From positions 2,976,001 to 3,040,000 of the forward strand of contig JAYWIR010000016.1 in assembly GCA_036172245.1 (NCBI GenBank): a stretch of DNA of 64,000 bases, written 5' to 3'. Positions 49,901 through 58,387 of this stretch are shown one piece after another. The translations under genes were made by a program, and so were the position numbers. The notes beneath the pieces are model-generated. The model was not told the DNA's origin. It worked only from the letters and a program-made list of their open reading frames with translations, and ran no database searches. Positions within the stretch are counted from its first letter, which is position 1. Each line of letters opens with the position of its first letter. This DNA comes from Raillietiella orientalis (lineage: Eukaryota).

Positions 49901-52900
49901 GGAGGAGGAGGCGGGAGATGGGACAGAGTGAAGAGATGAAACGGGATTTTTTTTTTTTTCGTTTGTTCTTTTCACCTCCTCCTTCATCCCCCTCTTTCAT
50001 CGCAGGGAGTGGTACGACAACGCCAGCTGCAGGAGGTGGTACCGGAGGCGCCCTCTAAAAGGGGCGTTCACCCATCCGTCCTGCATGGTGTACCCGCCCG
50101 ACGAGTTCGTGTCCCACGCGAAAACTCCCCCTCCTCACCGCGCGACGAAGAGGCCGATGGCGACTCACGACTGGACGGGCTCAGCGCCCCGCCGAGAGTT
50201 CGACCACGATGTCGGAGGCAACTTCTCCTCGGACAGCCAGTGAGTGGGGAACGTCCACGGGAATAGAGGGACTCCGTGTCCGGCTCTCCTCCGCGAGCGT
50301 CCTCACCCCTCCTCCTCCCTCAGGTACCAAGGAGGTCCAGACACCATCCTGCTGCAGCTGCGGGATGTGGACTTCCCCGTGCGCATCAGGAAGTACATGA
50401 AGGTCGCCTCCCAGAGGAGTCCCTCCATGTCCGTTCGGCTGAGAGAGTACCCCTGGGACGACATGGTGAGCGGGACGCGCTCCTGACCCCCTTGCCCACT
50501 CGAGGTCGGGCAGCGCCCCCTACCCTGGCGCGCGCGACGGCGGCGCCGAGACTACTCCTCGGGGAAAATCCGGAGGCGGGCGAGCGTCGGTTTCAAGGCG
50601 CTCCTTAGCAGAGCACGCGGGACGACCTCGGAGCCTGCTCGGGGGGCGAGGGGTTCCCATCTGCTAGAAGCTCCTCCCTCCCTCCGACTTACGGCACTCT
50701 TCCGAAATTCTGGAAGCTCCTGGCCCGAGTTGAGGTCAGGGGGAGGCAGGGAGCTAAAGAGGAAGAGGACCTGCCCCCCCTTCCCCTAAGTGGGGGCACA
50801 AATCCATGCGAGTTGCAGATGCCAACCCACGGCGAGGAAGTGACCGACCGAGCGGTCACTGATGACTTTTCGCCGGGGGCAGCCACTCCAATCCCCCTTT
50901 TGCTTGCAGCCGGTGGTCTTGGAAAGAAGACGCTACACGGACGTCATGGACGAGCTGATTGAGGACGAGAAGGCGTACTACAACGAGTGTCCCCTGGAGT
51001 ACCAGTACCTGCCCAAGCGTCTGCGGCACGAGATCGGGGTCAAGTCGGACGCCATCCTAGAATGCGAGGCGGAGCACGAGCGCAGGAGGAGCGGACGGGT
51101 GCGTTCCCCGGAAACGGGGGAGGAGGAGGCGAACGCTCATCTCACGGAGCTCTCTCTCTCTTCCATTCTCCTCCAGCCTCCCTTCTTCCGCAAGAAGCTA
51201 CTGGACCAGCCTCTGTTACCCGACGGCCAGGCCGTCGAGTTCTCCTGCCTGGCGGCCGGCGACCCGGAGCCCATCGTTCAGTGGTTCAGGTGGGTGCAGC
51301 AGCAATCGGGGAGGGGGGGATGTATCCGGAATTTCCCCCCTCTTCCAGGAACAACATGCTGCTCACGGGGGAGGAATCGCAGCGCCTCAGCATCCACCGT
51401 CAGAGCACTCCAGATGGAGGCACTAGATCGGTCCTGAGGATCGAGGATGCCTGGCCGGAAGATGTGGGCTTGTACAAGGCGGTGGCCACCAACGAGAATG
51501 GGCGAACTGCATGCCAGGCCAGGTGAACACGGGAAAGGGGAGGGGGAAGGGGAAAGGATGCGAGGGTTTCCCCGCTCGTCCCTTCCCGGAAGGACCGACC
51601 GAGCACTCAACCCACCGGTCGGTGTTTTCCAGGTGCTTCCTCGGAGGCCTCCCCGACGCGCCGACCGACATCCGCTGCTCCCGCCTTCCGGGATCCCAGC
51701 TCATTCGGCTGGTCTGGGAGACGCCGCTCTCCCACGACGGGCGTCCTCCTCTTGTTACATGCTACGCCGTGGAATCGAGGTTGTCAGGTAGGAGAACCCC
51801 GTCGGGAGGGGAGGGGGAGAAAACCCCTTCTCCTATCCCCCCTTTCCCTCTCCTCCCTGGTCCTGGAGCTGAGACCTCGCTCGTCTTCGCAGGCGTCGGA
51901 GAGTGGTCGCGTCTGGCTGACAATGTCCAGTGCAACTCGTTCGTTGTCGACGCTCTCCAGAGCTGCGGAGACGGCCCCTGCCAATTCCGGATTCTGATCA
52001 GGAACCCATACGGATGGGGACCTCCCAGCGCACCCTCGGACTGCATCCAGCTCGAAGGTAAGGAAGGGGCGCGGCGACTGGGATGGCAAACGTGGCGCTG
52101 TTGAGAGAAACGACGTCCCGATATGGACCCTCCATTCGGGAGCAGACGACGGCGAGGGTACGCCTGTTCTCCCCTTGCCCACACCCTCGGACGTGGAAAC
52201 CCCGTAGCGGAGGACGCGAGCGGAGGCCCTTCTTCCTCCCCCCCTCACCTTACCTGGTCCTAGGATTGGGCCGCAGCGTCGGTTTGAGACCTTCCACGAA
52301 ACAAATCAGGTCCATATATGTCCCTTCTTTCCTTCCCTCCCTCTCTCTGCTGGGATCCCTCCACCTTCCGTGTCCTGGCCACAGAGCCCGCCGTCCTCCG
52401 AAAGAGAAGCCCCCCAGCTGCTGTTTGCTTGTAGTCCGTTGCCAGTCTTCTCGAACCGACTTCCAGAACGCGGAACAGAGATCCCAGCTCTCCCGTTCCC
52501 CTTGAATACTGAGATTTTTCGGCAACTGCTCCCAGTAGACGTCCGCGCCTGCCCTTCCTCCTTCTCCTCACCTCTCTCCCTTTCCTCCCTGCAGCCATTG
52601 GAGGGCGGTTCCTCTCCACGGGTGACCTGCGATCCCGCCCTAGTGGTTTTTTGGCAGAACTGCGCGTATTTCTCTTGGGATGAGCCGCTGCAGTGTCGCA
52701 TCAATCCTCGAGGGCTTTTCCTTCGGGTGCGCACTCGAAGTCATCCTGGTAGGTCAGAGGTGAGGAAGTAGACGATCTGCTAGCACTCGACTGTTCTTCA
52801 GCGGATTCTCCCGGCGCACTTCGTTTTGTTCCTTCCAGCTTCCATCATCTTCCCATCTTCTCCCTTCTTTCCTCTTCCCTTTGTCCACGACCCCCTAACT

Positions 52901-55501
52901 TCTAAAAATATCTTTCCATGTGGATGGGCTGCTCTCGAGAGCCCGCAGGCTCCTCCGCCCTTCCTTTTCATCCCACCTCCTCTTTATTCCTGGGCACGGG
53001 GATTTCTACACGTGAGTGAAGACACGTTTGTGGGAACGAAAATGGGGGGGGGGGCACACGCGTGCGAAGGCACACTGCGTAGCAACGGGAGTCGGGGTCC
53101 CGGCTGCACGCACTTGGGTGTAAATAGCGGGTCCGCGATCGCAGCATCACAGAGAGAGCAGCAGCATCTTCCCTAAACCTCTGCAGACGCTGGTGCCCCG
53201 GGAGAGTCCGGACCTTCGCTTGCTGAGGTTCAGCTCGTCGGCTCAGAACTCCACTGCCTGGAGGGCAGCGCTCCGCGGGCCCGGGAAGAGACTGGAACCG
53301 ACTACGCCAGGGAGACGGACCCGTTGCCTATGGAGATGGGACCTCCAGAAGGCCTGTACCGGTGGGTAGAGGAGATCTCCAGGTAAGATGCGCCTCCAGC
53401 ACGCACCAGTCGCTGACATTGCCCTCCTCCTTCCTCCCGGAGCAGAGGCCGCTTTTCGCAATTGGGGAGGTGCGTGGACTCTGCATCTGGGGCGACAGTG
53501 GCCCTCAAGCTGGTCGTCAAGGATAAGGGATCGCGCAGCTCGGAGGAGTTCGAGGGTCTCCGCCGTCTGCGCCACGAGAGGCTGGTGGACGCGGAGACCT
53601 TCCATGACCTCGGAAACGCCCACGCTTTCGTTCTTGAGGACCTGCACGGGCCTGACGTGCTTGCCTTCCTGAGTGGCCTGAGGCGGTACAGTGAAGGCAC
53701 CGTCCGGCGCATCGTGATCCAGGTGAGAAGAGAAATCGCGTTTCGCCGCCGCCACCGCCTCCGACCGACGACCTTCCCCTTCCAGGTCCTGGATGCTCTT
53801 GAGTACCTTCACTGGCAACGATTCGCCCACCTCGACGTGCAACCGGACAACGTGGTGGTCAGCAACGCCCTCTGCCCTGACGTCAAGCTGGTGGACTTGG
53901 GGAACGCGCGGAAACTGAGCTGGCCCGAGAGAGTGGACGGCGTCGTCGGATGCCTGGACTACCTCGGTAATTCCGTGCTCATCCAATAAGCACTTCGAGA
54001 GGCGCCGCCACTCCTCACCGGGAGGATGCGAGCACCCTTTATCTCCCACCTCGTCCTGGAAATCGCGTCCCGCCAGCCACCCTCTTTCATGTCCCCCCTC
54101 GGGCATGCCGTGGTATGCGGCAAGTTGCCTCCCTCTGCTTCTGTCAGCCTTCCCGAGCCACGGTTTTGGAAGCCACATCACCCTTAAGGTCAAGACGTGG
54201 CATCCTCGGAGCCCGGAGGTGTGGACGTCCCAGCCATCCTCTAGACTCCGGTTCTCTCCTCAACGTCCGTTCGCCTTTCCCTCCCCATTCGGGTCACCGT
54301 GTATCCTTATCCCTTTCGAGCTGCGACCCTAGATGCTTCTCTGCGCCTGCCCTAACCTTAAGGATGGAAGGTCGAAAGCCTTCATCCTCGCTCCTCCCTC
54401 CCATCGCTTCTCGGCCTTTTGGCTAAGATCAGAGTCTAGTCTCCGGGCAACCAGGGACTACCGCTTCTCCAAGGGGAGAGATCCTTTCCGTCCTTGCAGC
54501 TCTTTTGTCTGATACGCAGTCTGGAGGAAGAGAGGAAGGGAGTCCCATAAGGGAGTCTCATTCAACTTCCGCTCTCCAAGGAGCACGCAGGAGGGAGGCC
54601 TCGACGAGGGCCAAGGGAATTCTTCCTGCATCTTTGATAGGATCCTTGACATTCCTTTGCACCTGGAGTCGTAGCCAGGGGGGAAGGGGCAAAATTTCCC
54701 TCCCCTCTATCTGATGGACTGCTAATTTTCTGCACCCCTTCTCCACTTCTTACTGTCTCGCCCGGCAGCTCCCGAGATCTTCAGCGGCGAACCCGTCAGC
54801 TGCTCTGCAGACATCTGGAGCTTGGGGGTTCTGTGCTACGTCCTGCTCTCAGGGACCCCCCCGTTCCGCGGGCAGGTCCCGGAGGAGACCAGGCAGAACG
54901 TCATCTACGTCCGCTACCTCTTCGACGCGCTCTACGCTGACCTCAGCCCGGAGGCCGTCAAGTTCCTGATGGCAGTCTTCAAGAGAAGCCCCAGGTGAGC
55001 GACGGCCCCTCCCCTGCCTGGAAACTGACCATCCTTCCCCTCTCTCTCTCCCACCAGCAAGAGACCGACAGCGACGCAGTGCCTCGAGAGCAGATGGCTG
55101 TCGCTGCAGCACTCCGACGTCTTGGCGAGGAAGGCCGAGGGAACTTTCTTCAGCACTGACAGGATCAAGGTGAGGGATTTCGGGATGAGGGACGGGCCGA
55201 TGGCAACAGGAAGGAAAGGAATCATGGAGGAGAGTGGGGAGGAAGAAGCTCCCGGAAGGAAAATGCCCGTTGCTGATCCTCCTCTACTCTACCTTACCTC
55301 CCCCCCCTTTCTTCCTAGCTTTCCTTCCCGCTGGGATCTGCCCTGAATCTGGAACGACCCGTTGCTTGATTCGCACCATCCTAATTACTCATCCTGCTCA
55401 CGCCGTCCCTGTTCTTCCAGGTGTACTCCGAGGAATACCATGAGGACAGAAAGAGGCGTGCCGGAGACGTGGGACGTTTGTTCACCGTTCTCCAGAGGTG
55501 A
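22952..55501 (+). CDS. Unc-89: Obscurin / muscle M-line assembly protein Unc-89, about 68 coding exons: Ser-rich N-terminus, RhoGEF DH-PH, about 18 Ig, FN3, 2 Ig, kinase 1, Ig, FN3, kinase 2
   Basis: A phase-consistent exon chain runs from MSLSARSYHSSYSEMRKE (22952-23006) to VYSEEYH...FTVLQR-TGA (55421-55501). Diagnostic segments: ELIETEEEFC, ERFKVLY.EEENTLALIFQHV..EDAGLYTCVA, ELGRGTQ, WY.NASCRRWYRRRPL.GAFTHPS, YQ.GPDT.LLQLRD.DFPVR. The first five exons and the small exon at 52108-52157 are less certain than the rest. Confidence 0.93.
27680..30808 (+). other. Obscurin RhoGEF (DH) and PH domain exons
   Basis: ALVKELIETEEEFCHDL...LFGNL...GRTFLRL...LPIQRLNDYQFLLKEL (DH), then GKLLRQ...LLFRGRILVCK...KRSWVDQM (PH). 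Confidence 0.9.
33324..34138. repeat. Diverged direct repeat of about 110-115 bp (33324-33434 and 34024-34138) in an obscurin intron
   Basis: Shared ACAGACCGAGGAGGA...TACCGC.GATGGGGG...GATTCCTCCGTCATCCGGTC.AGCCGT...CAAACTCCAC; the copies start 700 bp apart. Confidence 0.85.
37890..37948. repeat. (GGA)n trinucleotide repeat, about 19-20 units, intronic
   Basis: Read directly from the sequence. Confidence 0.95.
38757..38879. promoter_or_regulatory. Candidate intronic enhancer: six ACAAT/ATTGT motifs (Sox or DMRT/Dsx type)
   Basis: AACAATG 38759, GATTGTT 38771, GACAATG 38785, CATTGTT 38836, CATTGTT 38848, AACAATG 38873. Confidence 0.45.
45666..45911 (+). other. GC-AG intron in obscurin
   Basis: GTAG|GCAAGT is the local donor giving the phase 1 needed by CTCAG|GAAAG (ELVVV-G-KHDP); the GT 4 nt upstream is phase 0. 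Confidence 0.75.
48750..49795 (+). other. Obscurin kinase domain 1 (pseudokinase-type catalytic loop HLGLN)
   Basis: YLLGEELGRGTQ, YACK, HLGLNPGDI, SDFG, PEFVAPE, DMWAVG, HPWL. Confidence 0.88.
49068..49128 (+). other. U12-type (minor spliceosome) GT-AG intron, 61 nt
   Basis: 5' site GTATCCTTT; branch-like TTTTCCTTGCGAC ending 12 nt before the end of the intron; no polypyrimidine tract after it. Removal restores IVEL-CEGGNLL. Confidence 0.8.
53357..55100 (+). other. Obscurin kinase domain 2
   Basis: EISRGRFS, VALK, HLDVQPDN, VDLG, YLAPE, DIWSLG, KRPTATQCL..RWL. Confidence 0.88.
54403..54516 (+). ncRNA. U2 snRNA-derived element (variant or pseudogene) with an insert of about 45 nt, inside obscurin intron 53967-54768
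   Basis: ATCGCTTCTCGGCCTTTTGGCTAAGATCA matches the recalled U2 5' end exactly (29 nt). GAGTCTAGT follows in place of AAGTGTAGT. After the insert, CAG...TCTGATACG resembles stem IIa. No canonical Sm site at the expected spacing. Confidence 0.75.
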
Positions 55502-55728
55502 CCCGCCTGCCATCTTGCTACGGTCTCTGCGCGTGGAAGTGGTGCGAATTTCAGAGGGAAGACGAAGAAGGACGTCCGGCTTCGTGCGTCCGCAAGGTCT
55601 CAGGTGCCCGAAGAGGCCAGCAGAAGCGACGCTGCTTGCATTAACACAGGGCGTGCTGTGACCTTTTACCTTTCTAACGCGCTTCAAAGGGGAAAAAAAA
55701 GAAAAAAGAAAAAAAACAACTGCTCCCA

Positions 55729-55734
55729 AATAAA
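55729..55734 (+). terminator. Polyadenylation signal of obscurin
   Basis: AATAAA about 230 nt after the stop codon. Confidence 0.55.
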
Positions 55735-58128
55735 GTTCAGGAAACTTTGTCCGCCTGGAGTATCTGGGGGAGTCCATCTTGACCCGCGGACATTATCCTG
55801 CCCCCATCTGCAGCATCTTTTGACTGCAAGGATAATTTGCCGAAATCCCGGCAGAAAACAATGAAGCGCCGCGCTATCCATGAGGAGAGGCAGTCTGCAC
55901 AGCCATGTCAACCGGAGGTCAGAGCCAAGGATGGGTGGTGGAGACGTTGCCGTCCGCCAACTGTCCGATGCCTCCGCGTGCAGACGCCTCCTTCGCCAAT
56001 CGTCACGCGAAGTCCGCCCGCATCCCTGTACCAGCAGGGAGATCCTTTCACGTTTGCGTTTCTGGAAACGGCAACACAGCGCACTGAGGGAAAGAACACC
56101 CTCTCGGATTGCCCGAGGGTGCTTCCTGTAGATCGTCTGCAACTCCCTCCCATTTTCCCCTTTCAGTGGCACTATGGTCGGTGCATCTTCTGTGGGAGAT
56201 GCCTCTCGCTGCTTCCTAGACCATCCACCGGAACGAAACCGACGCGCCCCATGGAGAAGGGGTGGCCAGGAAGATTCTGCCCTCGAGCGATTCTAGCAAC
56301 TCAGGAGTTTACGCTTATCCAGGGATTGCAGTGTTTCTTGAGCACCTCAACATCAAGGACCCATCGTTCTACGGAGGGGAGCGGTAGTGCGCTTTTGAAG
56401 GACACCCCACTGCTCCCTCCTTAAACTTTGGGAACGAAAGAAGGAGATGAACAGCAGTCCACTGCTCCAACTGGGAAACTGGGAAACGCATGGAGACTGA
56501 GCTGGCTCGAGGGAAGACGGCGTCGTTGGACACCTGCTTTCTCAGCGTGTTGCGTAGGCAACACACGGAGAGAACAGAAAGAAGCTCCAGTGCTTGGACT
56601 CGCCTGGCAGCTCCAGGATACAGCTTTCTCTGTATTGTCCGACGGCGGCACTAGAGCGCTACTCTTCAGACTGTTCAAATTTCTCCTGAGCAGAGGCTGC
56701 AGGAGGCGGTTACCTCTCGAGTGTCTTCCTCTCCGTAGACCCAAGGACGTTGGACAAAGGTTTCATCTTCGTTTCAGTCTCAGGTACCCCCTCTGGTCCC
56801 TGCCAAGGACCACCGGTTTTCTCAGAGTTTCTAGAATGCCCTTTCAAGGATGGAAATGAAAGGGATGAGGAAGAGGTTTGTCTCTTTCCGAAGACAACCT
56901 TAACTTCTCGGGGTCTGGGCGGCTCTAAAAAGGGACGCCCGTCCAGGAGGCTTACCACAAATGTCCGTGGCACGTCCGGGAGACATGCCGCGGACACGGA
57001 AAGATCTCTCCCCCAGCTTCCACTTCGCGGGAACAAAGCTGATACGCAATGAATGTGATAAGCGAGGGATCTGTCCACCGGTCATCAGCGACCGCATAGG
57101 AGATTCCGTGGCGAAATCCTCCCCTTCCCCCTCTCTTCCTTCTTCCCTCCAGTGGTGAGGGAATTTTCGAAAATACGTAGGGATCACGGTTGCACCTTCC
57201 CAAGTTTCCCCTCTTCGTAGGTCGCTTCGCTTCAGCTGCGCATGTGTTTGATACGAGCTGCCATTTGTTGTTTTCGTCATCTCGAGGACAGAAGAAATGT
57301 TTCAAGAAAGCACTGGTCTTTCGGAGCACGAGGTTCTTTCCCTCCTCTCTCCTCCCACTTTTCCTCTCGCCCAGGTGGAAGCGCTGGAAACGAGCAGGAA
57401 ATGTCGCTGCTGCTGCCATCTGGAGAGCAAATGGAAACGGTGGAAAAGGAGCGGAAAAGGGACAGCATGAAGATCCTGGACTCAGGAATCACAATAAAGA
57501 TGTTACAAGAAAGCAGGATAAAGATTCTGCGGCAGCTTTTCGTCGTAGAACAACCGGACCAACCAGGAGGCGGGGCAGCGAGGAGAAACAGAAGAGGAAA
57601 AGCTGACGAAGATACGAAGCAGCGCAGCAGCATTCTGAAGAACGGGAAACACAGAGAGAACGACTCTCGTGAGCACGCCTTGAGTTCCACCGGCTGGAAG
57701 CTGCGGAGTTCGATCTGAGAAGCACGTGGAACTCGGCTCCGCCGACGCCGTCGGCGACATAGGCAATGACGACGACGGCGTCTCCCAAGCGACCTGAGCA
57801 GCTTCGGAACCGGGACTCCGTTCTGCTCCTTCCCTTCCCTCCACGGGCCCACAATCCTCGGAGGATCATCTTCCTGTCGAAACTTCTAGCCTGCCGCTTC
57901 TCCTCCCTCCCCTCCAGGCACTCCCGAAACTTCGTGCCTGGAGAAAGAGAGAAAGGAATATGAATAGAGTAGTAAGAGAAAGGGGAGTTAGCGTGCTCGG
58001 TCCCTCCCCAGTGGGCCTTCTTTCCTCCTCTTCTTCTTGGTTCTTCCCCCTTCTTTCCAGCTCCCTCCTTCCGGAGGCGGCTTCCCGGGGCGAGGAAACA
58101 GCTCGATACCCACGCGTCTGAAGTGCGG

Positions 58129-58136
58129 TATAAAAG
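58129..58136 (+). promoter_or_regulatory. TATA box of the allatotropin gene
   Basis: TATAAAAG 86 nt upstream of an ATG in strong Kozak context (CACCATGG). Confidence 0.7.
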
Positions 58137-58214
58137 TCCCGTTCTAAGAGAGTCTCTGCCTCCATCCTGTGCGATCTCGCCTTTCTCTCCTCCTCCGGTA
58201 GTGGCGGCAGCACC

Positions 58215-58387
58215 ATGGCGACGAAGAGGATCATCATCGTGGCGACGGCGGCGGTGGTGGTCTGGGCGTGTCTAACTCTAGGAGAACGTGAGGGGACCCC
58301 GCCCAACAGAAGGGGCTTCAAGACTTCTTCCCTGTCGACGGCCAGAGGATTCGGGAAGAGGGCACATCACGCAGAGGAGGTCATCAG
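58215..58387 (+). CDS. AT: Allatotropin neuropeptide precursor, first coding exon; mature peptide GFKTSSLSTARGF-amide (58314-58352)
   Basis: Hydrophobic signal peptide, RR cleavage site, GFKxxxLSTARGF, GKR amidation/cleavage signal. Likely donor CAG|GTACTG at 58387/8; the unspliced ORF stops at 58460. Confidence 0.9.

Noticed and set aside
34372..54308. Stray RTATCCTT motifs (34372, 35749, 54301)
   Set aside because: Not at exon boundaries, and the count is near chance expectation.
55800..57900. ORFs between obscurin and allatotropin, including a possible exon from about 57375
   Set aside because: No recognisable product or supporting exon chain.
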